Positions 26,355 through 39,061 of a stretch of 47,245 nucleotides of DNA are shown here, piece after piece. The translations under genes and the position numbers were made by a program. Under the pieces are notes generated by a model. The model was not told the DNA's origin. It saw only the letters and a program-made list of their open reading frames with translations, and did not search any database. This stretch comes from Bugula neritina (Eukaryota > Animalia > Bryozoa), in the NCBI GenBank assembly GCA_964035545.1, contig CAXIUT010000012.1, positions 1 through 47,245 of the forward strand, written 5' to 3'. How positions within the stretch are numbered: the stretch's first letter is position 1; each line of letters begins with the position of its first letter.

Positions 26355-27478
26355 ATGATATACTAAGGCAAAAACTATCGCTCTCTATCATATATCCAAA
26401 AGTAACAACTCCTAGGGCGTTAGTCCAAAAATTTGAAAGAAAGATAAACTAAAGAGAACAAATAGAACAACAATCAACTCAACTTCCCTCTGCATCAAAA
26501 ACTCAAAGAACAACCACAGACCAAACTCATCGATCATCTCAACATACAGAACCCTCTGACCACATTTGAACCATCTCTAGCTGCACTCGAGCCATCTCTG
26601 CCTGAACTTAAGCTCGAACAAGCCATAAGTCAAAGCACAGATTACTCGATCCCAGAACAACTCAAAAAGTGTTATTCTGAAGCTATTGCCAAAGACTACT
26701 CGGAAAACATTCTAAGTCATATCATCAAGAGTCCAAATCATAGAGGATTGCTGAGTTCTCATAAGATCACTGCTTCTCTCAGATCGAAAATGGTGGATTG
26801 GATGATTGAAGTGTTATCATCCTACAAAATGAGTTAATAAACCTTTTTCAGAAGCATATATCTGATGGATACTTATCTCCAGAACTGTAGTTAGGTCCTT
26901 TAAGTCAAAGATCTTCATCTAGTTGGAGTGGCTGCTATGTTTTCAGCTTCTAAGTACTAAGAAATCCACCCTTTAAAATTGAACACTCTTTACGAGAAAA
27001 TATCAAGAAAAAAGTTCAAAAAGAGCTAAATTCTTTAAAAAGAATCACAAATAGTAAAGACTTTGAACTTTAAGCTTGAAGTGTCTTCGCTCTACGACAT
27101 CTCTCGTCACACAGTAGGTACTTTTCAATCTATTCAGAATAGCTTAAACTAGACTTGTCATCAACTTCTTCTGTCTACTTCAACAAAATCATTCTTTATC
27201 TCTCGAAAATGTGTCTATTTAAGCAAGAACTCGCTGAATAGACTCCTTCTCTTTTAGCTTGTGGAGTGATCTTCATAGCTCTTAAAACTCTTTAGCAAGT
27301 TGACAGCAAAACCTAGCCTGAAAGCAGACTTAATTCAATCAGTTATTTATTGAGAATCGATGAAGATAAGATATTAGAAATGAGTAAAAAAGTACTATAA
27401 TTGGCAAAGAACTTCAGCAAAGTCTATCCAGCTTTAACCAACCTCAAAAAGTTCAATAAATTCTAATATGGAATTTGA
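26355..27478 (+). CDS. A/B-type cyclin, copy 2 (identical by eye)
   Basis: Same sequence shifted by 1180 bp; intron 27118-27137. Confidence 0.85.
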
Positions 27479-27555
27479 GTGATTAATTATATTTAGTTTA
27501 ATAAATATATCCTATATAATAGAATCAGTTGTATTTAATAAGCTATCTTCAACAA

Positions 27556-27896
27556 ATGGGATGCATGAACCACAAATAAAAGAGATAAAACAAAAAATCA
27601 AACAACCGTCTTTAACTGACTGAGAGAAAACCGACTAAGATCCAACAAAAATAGCCTGTATTCATCGATATATTTCCTTAAAACAAATAGAAATTAAACC
27701 AATAAAAAGCCAAATAAGTAGTTTAATCGACCAATACTGACAAACCAAGTCGATAGTAGTTGTTACGAAAGTAATAATAATCTAATTTAGGTATGATATA
27801 CAAGTTAAAGATAGTAACCATAAAATACTTACAGTTAATAGCTATAAATACAATACTCTACTTGACCAAAATCCTCTCATTCCAATCAATAGATGA
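27556..27896 (+). CDS. Small hypothetical protein (106 aa) with MGC N-terminus (possible myristoyl/palmitoyl anchor)
   Basis: MGCMNHKEKRE...; one canonical 20-nt intron gtaataataatctaatttag; ends at TGA. Confidence 0.55.
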
Positions 27897-27977
27897 TCAC
27901 TTTATAGTACTAAACTATCATTTTGCTAAAACTATAACTTCTAAACTATATTTACAAAACAATCATAAATGACTCAA

Positions 27978-29191
27978 TCAATATCGCTTTAGAAGCATCT
28001 CCTATAAAGCCTACTTCAAATTGTTATCTCCTACTGTATTACTACCTTCTCGAATAGCTTTGAAAACAGATTAGTTCAAAAGCATCTAAATATCAGCTCC
28101 ACAACATCCCTCCGTTCGACTTCCAACCCATCCTATCGTACCTTCTTCAATTTCATGTCTCTTCAGCTTCTTTCCCATTAAAGTCCTTAAAATCCCTTCT
28201 CTTTATTCACGACTAGGCAATGAAATCTGTACTTTAATATCAAACCTTCCAGCTCTTAGTACAGCCGAATCGACCAAATCAACTCGATTAGTTGATGCTA
28301 CAACAACTACCTTATCCAAAGGAGAAAAGCCATCCATTTCGCTTAAAAATTGATTAATAGTAGAAGTAGTTTAGTGAGAATCTCTTAGATGATTAAGTCT
28401 ACTTCCCAAAGCATCAATTTCATCAATAAATATAATACAGCCGTTTTCGCACTTCCTAGCCTCTTTAAATAACTCTCTCACTCGTCGAGGACCTACTCCT
28501 ACAAATATCTCTTGAAATTCTGAAGCAGCAACTTTAATAAACTCACATTGAGCTTCATTAGCAAGCGCCCTAGCCAACATTGTCTTCCCAGTTCCAGGAG
28601 GACCATACATTAATACTCCTCTTCTTATTCTTGCACCGAACTGTTAAAACTTTTATGGCTTTTTTAAGAAATCAATGATTTATTTAAGTTTTTCTTTCAC
28701 CATAATTCCTCCATAGAAATCATCGAAGGTGTCATTGTTATGTTAAATACTTGGTTTCATTTCAGAAGCTGTTCCAGGTGTTCCATTAATTTATTTTATC
28801 AGATATCTCATAGTTACACCAGACATTACAAGTGCAAGACCTCCATAGAGAATCTACTTCTTTGCAGTAGGTTATCTTATTGAAAAGATAATATTTTTGT
28901 TTCTAAATAGATAATATACTACCCAATTAACCTATACAACTCATGCAAAGGAAATCTGCCTAAAAGAGCATGAAACCATTCCTATGATTTCGATCTAAAA
29001 TACACAGAGTGACCCTATATAACAACTTCGTCAATATAATCTCCCTTCAAAGCTTTCATAAAAGCAGACAGTTTAACCGTACATTCTTTATCCAGTAAGT
29101 TGTAGGTAAAATAAGTAAAAGCAGCTACTCCTAGAATACCAGCTATCTTATATCGATTCTTTGAAATAAAGTTTTTAACTTTAACCCACAT
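27978..29191 (-). CDS. FtsH/YME1-like membrane AAA+ ATPase without the M41 protease domain (397 aa)
   Basis: Two TM segments, TFDD...[64 protein letters not shown]; TGA right after the AAA lid. Confidence 0.9.
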
Positions 29192-29360
29192 AATTAAAAT
29201 TATCACTTTTACAACCTATTCAAACTAGTATATCCATCAACAAGTCATTCTGATATCAATCTATTTAAGTTATTTGTTAATTTAATTTTATAATTTAAAA
29301 CCTATTTACAAATCTCTCTTAAGACCGCTAATAAGACACCTAATAAGTAATTATTATTTG

Positions 29361-30557
29361 ATGGAATAAAAAAGCTAAAGCCTCAGTTCTCACCTCGGCT
29401 CCTCAGATACCAATTCCAATCCAGAACATGACCCATCTTATCTCAACTCCCAAAAGAAAGGCATCTCAATCAACAAAGACCTTTAAAAGGTATTACAATC
29501 AACCAAAAAATGCTATGATCAAATGAAAAATATCTTGGATAAGGCATCTGTAAAAGAGATCTTATTAGTGAAATGGATGTGCTAAGGGTTCAGCCATTTA
29601 AAAGATGCAAAACCAGGTTAACTTTATGAAATAAGTATGGATTTCTTTGACCTCTGCAATTCTCTCTTCTCTAAAATAGATCAAAAATAGAATAAGGTTC
29701 ACTACTAAAAGCAATAAATTCCTCTCAAAAAATAAAATAAAAAAAGAAAAGAAAAAGAATAAAAAGAACAAAAAGAATAAAAAGAACAAAAAGAATAAAA
29801 TAAAGAAAAGGAAGACAAAATATATTCTTTAAAGCAAAAATAAACCTAAAACACAATCAAGAAGATGAAAAAAGAAGAAGAAATGATAGAAAATAATATG
29901 ATTCCTCTTCCTTCTACCTGCAGTAGTAATCCTTATCTGTACTAAAATGATGAAACACAACAAAGACAAATCTCTCAATACCCTAAAGACCTAAATCAAA
30001 TCAACAAGCCCATTAATTTGAATAAATAAGCATATCTTTCACAGTAGGCAAGCAACTTGGTCTAAGATATGACTTTTCATATTTAGTGGTAGAAAAGATA
30101 AGCATTTTAAGTAAACAATAAAAGGATAACTAAGTTGTATAACGATGACTACAGAAAGATATGTTCTTTGGACCCTCTCAGCAAGTCTATTATTTATAAG
30201 ATAAGAATGAAAAAAGTAACTAAAGGCACTGTAGCTATTGGTCTTGTTCCGGAATATAAAAAAGGAGGACTAAAGTGTGTTTTTGATAAATAAGGTCAAT
30301 CTCTGAAGTATATTACTTTTTCCAACAAATCTGGGCTAATCAAATTAAATGGAGAAGAGATGCTCAAAGGAATGAAAGGAGGACTAGAAGAAGGAGAAAT
30401 ACTGGAATTGACTTTTAACAACAAAACAAAAGTAGCCACTTTCAAATCTCCCAACATCAAAGATGGATATCCACTAGATCTAAAAAGTTTCGGCAGCCAA
30501 AGAATCTACCTATTCCTCTAAATGCAACAAAAAGACACCTGTGTATAATTCCTCTGA
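29361..30557 (+). CDS. Protein with K/E low-complexity middle and C-terminal SPRY/B30.2-like domain
   Basis: Intronless 398-aa ORF; YKIRMKKVTKGTVAIGLV...GLEEGEILELTFNNKTKVATF...IYLFLEM...CVEFL pattern. Confidence 0.65.
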
Positions 30558-30638
30558 ATGATATCGATTCCTCATAATTATAAATATTTTACAGATTTAA
30601 TCTATACGAATGATAACGTGAATAGATTTAATCATGCA

Positions 30639-30706
30639 GGGGTTGGGGTTGGGGTTGGGGTTGGGGTTGGGGTTGGGGTTGGGGTTGGGGTTGGGGTTGG
30701 GGTTGG
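30639..30706 (+). repeat. Internal telomeric tract (GGGGTT)11GG
   Basis: Perfect G4T2 units in right-telomere orientation. Confidence 0.97.
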
Positions 30707-32247
30707 TTATACTATTTCTACATCACCTGAAAACTAATCTCGAATAGTTTAAAATATATGCATAGCTAAACTTTTATTGTGCTGTTTGCTTTGCTACATA
30801 GAAGAACACCAATCTTTTACTGCTTTTCCTAAATTCACTTGAATCTAGTTCAAAAGATCAATCCCGAAAAACAAACTATGACATATATCATAATCCTTAT
30901 GACTTTATTAATACATTATTACTTCTTTTTGAACATCTTAGGAAAAGGTACAATCCTAAAACTACCCTCCTACACCTACTTCTTATAAACTCTTTGAATA
31001 TTATTAAGCAACTTCAAAACTCTCGACTCAACCAGTCCTTGAAAATCTTTATAATCTTTCTCATCCTCCTTGGTCTGATTTGTTCCAGCAATGTCCATCT
31101 CGATAAATAAAGGAAAACTACTAAAAAAATCTACCTTCCGACACACCTCAGCTATATCTCTTCTAGCGTATAGTATCTCTGAAGCCCGACGAATCTCGTC
31201 CACTATAACCCTTTCTGTTATTATATTAACTCTTTCAGTAGAATTGTACTCAGAAGCAGGAGTAAAGACTGACATTAAAAAGTTAGACACCCTGTCTTCT
31301 GACTGACCTGTAGGCAAAGATGTTATTCTGACTGGTACTTTCCAGTTCCAAATGTTATATACAGCAAAAAATTAGAAAAATAATTTGGCTGGTTTATGGT
31401 TGGGAAAGATCTGACATATTTTAGCAACCAAAATAGCCCATGATATACCTCCCAAATACCCCATTCCATTAGAACTCACTCCTCGATTCTTGGCCCAAAC
31501 CTTTATAACCCTCAAAGTTTGTTTGAAGTTCTAAGCCTGCTTACCAGTCAAATCCAAAATCATCAAGTTGTTCTTCCGTCCAATCAAAGAAGTTTTACTC
31601 TGTTCATCCTTAATAGTCGACAGTAGTTCGCCTGATATGTTTTTCTAGATATCTCTGGGGACTGTTTCACTCTGTAATTGACAAAAACTGATATCGATAT
31701 CTATTTCTTTATACTAGAAGGTAATAATAGGCACTTTTGCATTGGTTCTGGTGGCAAGGTTTTTTATTTCTGACCTACTCAGCAACTTTTGAGCAAGTTG
31801 ATCAAAAAAATGAGTTTACCTTTGAACGAAATTAGGACAGACGCAAATCAAATCGATATCACTACTATTAGATCTAAGATCAAGCACGTAACTTCCAAAA
31901 GGCAACAATTTAGCTGTGTATTGATAAATTTAATCCTCATTGATACGCATCTAATACTTAGCAATTTCAATACTCCAAGTCTACACTATGTCGCATATAA
32001 ACCTCATAGCTTCTTATTTCAATATCTTCTGGGACTGTTTCTAGTAGTATTCATTCTAATTGAGGATTTCTTCCATCAATTTAGTATCAATATCTGTACC
32101 TTCTCCTTTGATCATATCGAATGTATCTCCATTCATCAATTTCTTCTCTATCTGGTCCTGAGCCAATCCACATTTATTCTTGATGTAGTTGACAATCAAA
32201 GAAGCCGGGTTGATAGTCGAGTTTATGTTAAATGCCTTACCCTCCAT
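30707..32247 (-). CDS. PAP1: Canonical poly(A) polymerase; C-terminus masked by the telomeric tract (in-frame TGA at 30632-30634)
   Basis: PFGSY...SDIDLICVCP, AKVPIITF...IDIDI, FKQTLRVIKVWAKNRG...GYLGGISWAILVAKICQIFPN, GLVESRV; one 20-nt intron. Confidence 0.93.
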
Positions 32248-32325
32248 AAGTCAATCTATTATATCTAAACTTAATCAATATTTATATCTCTTAATACCAT
32301 CCAAATTAGTAGTATCACTCTTTTT

Positions 32326-32406
32326 GGGGTTGGGGTTGGGGTTGGGGTTGGGGTTGGGGTTGGGGTTGGGGTTGGGGTTGGGGTTGGGGTTGGGGTTGGG
32401 GTTGGG
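32326..32406 (+). repeat. Internal telomeric tract (GGGGTT)13GGG
   Basis: Perfect G4T2 units. Confidence 0.97.
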
Positions 32407-35400
32407 CTTGCAAACCACGACCCTCCTTGTCTGCTTGCAAAGACAAAAACTCCTTCTTTATCGAATTCTAAATCATCTCCTTCTCACTTATTACTGCCTT
32501 TCGTAAATACTCACATTTTTCTTAGAAGTGATAGTAGACAGCAATTTGGTCACCAGCCTGCACTCCTCCTTTTTTTTTCATTTTTTGAACTCTAGATATT
32601 ATCTATCTGGCTACTCCTCTAACTTTTAACTCCTCACTCTGCCTCAAATCCAATTTAATTCTTTATTATTACAACCTTACACAGTCTGGTCACCACCAAT
32701 TTCTTCATATTGTTATAAATTGACACTTTTAAATTGCTATCGAATCAACAACTAGTTCTAAATATAAAATTATTTACACCAGATAAAGTAAACCCCATAA
32801 CCTCAATCTTTCCTCTTTACTTAAATTATTGTAGTTAGAGTGTTGTAAGTTTAGCTATCTATCTTTTTAATTTTGAAAATTAAACTTTTCCTTTATACTT
32901 TGGGCCCAAAACAGGTAAATTAGGAAGAGCTGTCAATCCAACATATCTATCCATTTCAGTTGTCAAACACACCTACTACACATTTATCTCGTCCTTTATA
33001 TACTTCATAAAATCTACTATCTACGACAAATATGATCCATTAGAACTAACTACAGTCAAAGCTTTAATAGGATTCTTCAAAGACACCCCTCGATTCTATC
33101 TCAGCCGACGACCAGTCTCGATTATACCAATCACCCGTCTCATCTGCTCTGTCACCCCTTCGTCCACCCACTTATCGTCCGTTTCAGGAATAAACAAATG
33201 ATGAATTGAACTTTGTCTGGATGAACTATCTTCGGACATTGTCAATTTGATATTTTGGTACATATATTCAGTTAAAAAAGGAACAAAAGGACTCATCAGC
33301 ACGTTTATCTTATGAAGCACATTCAACAACACCTGAAGACTTGTTCTAGCCTATTAAATACCTTGAACACCTTTCAAACGAGAACGATTCAGTCGAACAT
33401 ACCAATTGGTCAAGTTCTATAAAAACTTAATCAACTCAGGCACCACATTATACAAACGATATCCAGACATCTCCCTTCTAACCCGACCAACCAGCACCTG
33501 CAAAGAAGATACCATCCATCTATCGACACAGTTAAATCCCTCGAGTCCATCGAACTCTTCAAAAGAGAGCTTAGTATTCGATTGTTTTTAGTAAGCAGAT
33601 ATATTATAGATCAAGAAGCGATAAGCATTATACCAAGGCAGGAAAATATCTTTAACAACAGCTTTAACTCCTTCTCGAGTAAAATTTAAATTATCAGCTC
33701 TAACCAAAGGAGAATTTATCAAATATAAACGAATCGCATCTGCTCCCAACTACTAGCACACCTATAAAGGATCAGAATAGTTTTTCAACCTCTTCGACAT
33801 CTTCTTGCCATCCGCAGTCAACACCAAACCATTCACTATCAAATGCCGATACGGATACATGTTCCTAAAAGCAGTAGAGATAACGTTCAAAGTGTAAAAC
33901 CACCCTCTTGTCTGATCGATTCCCTCGCCAATAAAATCAGCAGGATAAATCCGATTAAATTATTACTAGCTTATTGAAAAAGGGTAATGCACCTGAGCAA
34001 ATGGCATAGAACCACTCTAAAACCAACAATCAAACACTTATTATATCCTCCTCAACTTTCCTTTGCCTTTCTTACTCTATATCGTCAAGTGGTCTATATT
34101 TTACCTATGCAAGTCACTGACCTTAGCACCTGTCAACTCCTAGAGCTCTTGGATAGATCCAACACAAAGAACTTCTTCCCCATCATCAGATACCCATAGT
34201 GGAATAGGATTTCCCCAAAAACGATTTCTAGAAAAACACCAATCCTTCACATCTTTCAACCAATTATCAAATTTCTTTTCCTGAATCACTCTAGGCACCC
34301 ACTAAGCCTTGAAATTGTTTTTCATTAAATCTTATTTTAGATCACTTACTCTTATAAACCAAGTAGATACAGCCTTATATATCAGTGGAGTATCACTTCT
34401 CCAACAAAATGGATAATTATGCTTCACTATTCCCTTCCTAGCCAATAAACCTCTACCCTTTAGGTCTTTTATAATCAACTAGTCAACATCTTTAATGTAC
34501 TTTCCCTCAAACATGCTAACCTATCTAGTAAAGCGGCCATTCTAGTCCAAAGGAACAGGCACATCATCATCAGAAATCAGCCCTTTATCTAGACAAAGTC
34601 GATAATCATCCTATCCAAATCCAGGAGCACAATGAACCACTCCACTGCCATCACTGTCAGTCACAAAACCACCTAAAACCACTCGAAAACAACCATCCTG
34701 AACTTTAAAACTAAAACAATCATAAAGAGGCTAATACTCTATCCCCTACAACTCACATCCTTTCATCCATTCTATTATCTCATACTACTATTTACCAAAA
34801 TAATCCTTAACTCTTGCCTATCCCATTATTATCTGGCACTTTCTCTTTATGTCTCTGACTTTTACGTAAGTCATCTTCTCGTTTACAGCCAAAACCAGAT
34901 TAGAAGGAAGAGTCCAAGGAGTAGTCGTCCAAACCAATAATTTTACTTCAGAATTATGCTTCAATGGAAATAATATAAATATCGAAGGATCGTCAACTTC
35001 TTTGTAATTTTGTTGCACCTAAAAATTAGATAAAACAGTATTACAAGCATTAGAATATGGCATTATCCTTTTACTTCGATATATCAATCCCTTTGAATGC
35101 AAATCCTTGAATACATACCAAACTGACTCCATAAAACTGGCATCCATCGTCTTATAGTCACTTTAAAAATCAACCCACCTGCCAAAACGACCAACTGTCT
35201 CCTACCACTTCTTAGAATACCTCATCACTATCCCTCGGCAAGCTCTATTGTATCTCTAAATTCCCATCTCGTAAACCTCCTTCTTGCTGCCTATTTTTAA
35301 CTCCTTATCTATTTAGTACTAAACAGGCAATCCGTGGCAATCCCAGCCGAAACGACGACTGACATAGTGTCCTGTTTGAGATGCATACCTGCAGACAACA

Positions 35401-35662
35401 TCTTTAATAGTTCCAGCAGCAATATGTCCATAATGAGGAGTTCCAGTAGCAAAGGGAGGACCGTCATAGAAAGTATAAGGAGGCAAATGCTAGGTTTTTC
35501 TAAGCTGCTACTTAAAAGCATCAACTTCCGACCAATATTTCAGAATAGTCTTTTCCTATTGAGCTAGATTTATTTTTTAGGGAGCTATATCAAATATAAT
35601 CTACGCATCAGAAAGGGAGTCAACTTGCTAAAACTAGATTTGATAGATATCCAGCGAATCAT
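32407..35662 (-). CDS. IARS: Isoleucyl-tRNA synthetase, eukaryotic cytosolic type; C-terminus masked by the telomeric tract (in-frame TGA at 32315-32317)
   Basis: [77 protein letters not shown]; three 20-nt introns. Confidence 0.97.
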
Positions 35663-35713
35663 TTTATAATTAAGGTGGTTGTTATATCAATGGAATTATA
35701 ATATGCAACAAAA

Positions 35714-35796
35714 GGGGTTGGGGTTGGGGTTGGGGTTGGGGTTGGGGTTGGGGTTGGGGTTGGGGTTGGGGTTGGGGTTGGGGGGTTGGGGTTGGG
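35714..35796 (+). repeat. Internal telomeric tract, 83 bp, one G6 variant unit
   Basis: G4T2 units with GGGGGG at 35780-35785; ends TTGGG. Confidence 0.97.
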
Positions 35797-38165
35797 ATAT
35801 ATTGAGCCACCTCTCTTTGCCTCCCAAGGAAGTCAACACCTTGGGAACTATCTCTCCACTTTTCATCACATGGATAATAGCCGACTTGTTGCCACTACTA
35901 CCATAATCAGAACAAGAAAATACACTTATAATCGACTATCTTGACTAAAAACCTTCAGAAAAAGGCTCATGACTTCTTATTGTTATCATCAAATCATTTT
36001 AGTTGCAAAAACCAAGAGCTCTCTCTTCAGAATACTTAACATTCTTTATATGGCATCATTTACATGTTTTGTTTTGAAATAGTCATGCTAGTAGTCAGGA
36101 GAATAGTCCTGCTCCCCAGGTCGGCAAGGATCGCTCCAAAGCAAATCATACACTATCTTATCTCCTCTTGACTTAGGATCGTGGTTGACCTTCAATGGCT
36201 TCTACAACTTATCAAGCTCAAAAATATTCTTAAGGTTTTGACCTATCCCGCCATGACTGCAAAATATGTTATCATCTATCAAAGCAGCTACAGGTAACTT
36301 CTAAAACAACTTATTCGCACGATTGAAAAATGAATAAGGATCTTCAATCGACTCCTTCAACTTTATTGCACACTCGTCTCCGAAACCCATAAATTTGTTT
36401 ATCTGTCTGTCCTCGTGAGCTCCTCTTAATAGGACTACATTTTAAGGAAACTTTATCTTCAAAGAAAACAACATCAATATCGTTTAAATACTCTTAGTCC
36501 CACGATCCACATAGTCTCCCAGGAAAAGATAGTTAGTACACTAAATGTCTCCCAGAGGAGGCTCGTCAAAAGGAGCACCAAAAGCCTCAAAAAATCTATT
36601 TATTTCATGCAACTGTCCATGAATATCTCCAAATATTTTAACTGGTGCTCTCATCTACATAAACAAACAAATACCCTCACCAAAAGCGACTCCTCATCAA
36701 GCACTTTTTCTACTTCTTCAAACAACTTATTCACATACTCAGTGGGCAAAGGATAAGTAATTGAAGCAGTGGGCCTTAAAAACAAATTATTCAAAAAAAA
36801 CCTATGTATTTTTTAGAGATGTTCCTTAGATGTTCCAACAGTAGTATTGCCAACCAACCGACGATGCTATGTCGGCAGCATATCAATGTGAATCTTCTTT
36901 ATATCTTGCTACTAGTTATAATTGGCTACTATAGCTTAGGGGCATAAACGAATTGATTTGTTAGTATGGATATTCCTTCGAATATAGTCCTGCTATATCT
37001 ACATCTTCTATGAGGTCCTTCTCGTCTGATGACTTATCGACTGTCGGTGACTCTACTCGATCCTTCTCTCTTCCTGGTGGTTCCGAGATCCTCTCAATTT
37101 GGGATCACTGTTAGAATTCACATAAAATACATCTTTTCCAAGCTAGAAAGCCAATCCTTTGAAAAGAGCAGGGTGGGAGTTAAAAGTCTTATTAAGGTCC
37201 AACCGAATAATGGAGTCAGTAGGAATGTTAGGAGCATCTTGGTTGAATCCTCCGTGGATAAAGATGTTATGCTCTATCATAAAGCAAATATGTCTGAAAC
37301 GGTCGATACTGGGCAACTTGTACCAATCAGAAGAATCAGTATCATAGATATCTAAAGGCATCGACTATCCCACCTGGTTGCTCCTTCCACCAACTATCAA
37401 CAACAAAGTGCCCACAAACAGACTTCTATGTTGATATCTTTCAGTTGGTTTAGAATTGTTGCGATATGGAGCTCTCATCCAATCCATCCGTCCATCTCGA
37501 TGTTTTCTCAATCCCCAAGTATCACTCAAAGGAGTTCCATCTCCTCCGCGACCACCAAATACCACCATCATCCCACTAGCCGTACCAGTTCGACATATAC
37601 TTGCAGCATGATACACTCTAGGAGGAGGATTTTCTAGCCCAGTATTGACCTTTTACCACACGCAAGCTCCATTGATATCGATCTTCCATATATCTCCCAC
37701 TGCCTATGATCCAGTGTTTCCACCAAATATTACAATATAGGGTTTAAGGTAGGCCATCACATGTCCGTATCTGGCTCCAGGAGTAGTTCCCTTGCAGTTT
37801 TTCACTTCCCAGTAAGCCTTATCTGTCAAAGTGAGGAAATCCAACTGGTAAAGGTTGTCATCTGCGAGCTATCCTCCTCCGAGAGCTCCTCCAAAGACAT
37901 AGAAGAAGTGATCGACTGAGAGAGATCCATGAGCAGCTCTGTTGGTTGGGGCAGTGCCTTGACTATCAAGTTTTTTCCACTTTCTCAGGTTGAAGTCACA
38001 AAGAAAAGTATCTCCGGTGATGACATACTTGCCTGTATGAATATTTGAAGTACCTGTATCGCCTACTGCTCCACCGAAGAGGATGGCTTTATCTTTTCCA
38101 ATAGGAGTGATAGTGTGTCCAAACCTGGCAGATGGATTATCTCCTCCGAAATCTGTCTTCTCCAT
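35797..38165 (-). CDS. Kelch-repeat PPP phosphatase (PPKL/BSU1 family); C-terminus masked by the telomeric tract
   Basis: Kelch repeats (PSARFGHT, PTNRAAH, PGARYGH, PTERYQH); PPP motifs GDIHGQ, GDYVDRG, RGAHE, HGGIG, DLLWSDP, IRSHE; introns of 21, 20 and 20 nt. Confidence 0.93.
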
Positions 38166-38353
38166 ATTATCGATTAAAATTACATTCAAAAGCATGGAAC
38201 TCAGACAATAAAACATAAATGCAACTCAAATCAAATCAAATCAAATCAAATACTCACCTTCCATACATACCTTGGCTACAATGCTATCATCCAACACACA
38301 ACTTCTTTTGGGTTACTAAATTTATGACTATGTAAATAACATAATAAAAAGTA

Positions 38354-38881
38354 TCATTTGAGTTCTGTATAATTTTATTCTACAGTCGGTATTTGTTTTT
38401 TTTGACACTTAGCGATAATCTTGACGACTAGATACACCAAAATAAAGAAAAACCAACAAAAGTATATATAGCTTGTCACCCTCATAAACATCTAAATCAC
38501 CAAACACCTCGAAGAAGTACCCCACACCAACTAGTACAGCCCATAAACGGTCGCCATGAAATGATACAATAGTCCAGCCAAAAATATCGTCAAAGTATTC
38601 AAGGTCAGACAGACCTAGCCACAAGGAACAACCTTATTGATACAATAGTCTAGCAAGCCAACCATATACATGATGGACATGAGAGCAGTTCCTCCGCACA
38701 CGATCGCTGATCCATAGTAGATAAAGTTAAGAAAGGTGAGATTGTCACTGTCTTAGCATTGATCGTTGTGGTATAGCTACTTAGTTACATGAGCAACAAT
38801 AAAGACTCCTAAATTGTTCATTTGAGCAGGTATGCTAAATGGGTCTATTAACTGTTAGACAGGACCACGGTGGCGAGGCAT
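38354..38881 (-). CDS. Hypothetical multi-pass (about 4 TM) membrane protein, 175 aa
   Basis: Intronless ORF MPRHRGPVEQ...YIYFCWFFFILVYLVVKIIAKC...EENYTELK-TGA. Confidence 0.7.
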
Positions 38882-39061
38882 CAACAGATTACTATTATAT
38901 CAAACCACTTGAACCACTTAATATTCACATTTATAGCAACATCAGAACTTTAAATTTAAATAACCATAAACACCTATTGATATAACTGTCCATCAGAAAC
39001 AATATTTTTATATACATTTTGAGCCTTAAAAGAGATATTTTTGATATGAATATCCGTCTCA

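Larger units (their letters stand above)
25152..27511 (+). repeat. Exact tandem duplication, 1180 bp x2
   Basis: 25152-26331 equals 26332-27511; no difference found by eye. Confidence 0.95.

Noticed and set aside
29750-29800. TAA alternating with CAA in a 9-bp repeat, hinting at the standard ciliate TAR=Gln code
   Set aside because: A single transition in low-complexity sequence; conserved motifs require Glu.
18421-38250. (TCAA)n at 18421-18460 and (TCAAA)5 at 38226-38250 as telomere variants
   Set aside because: Ordinary microsatellites upstream of genes, not C4A2-derived.
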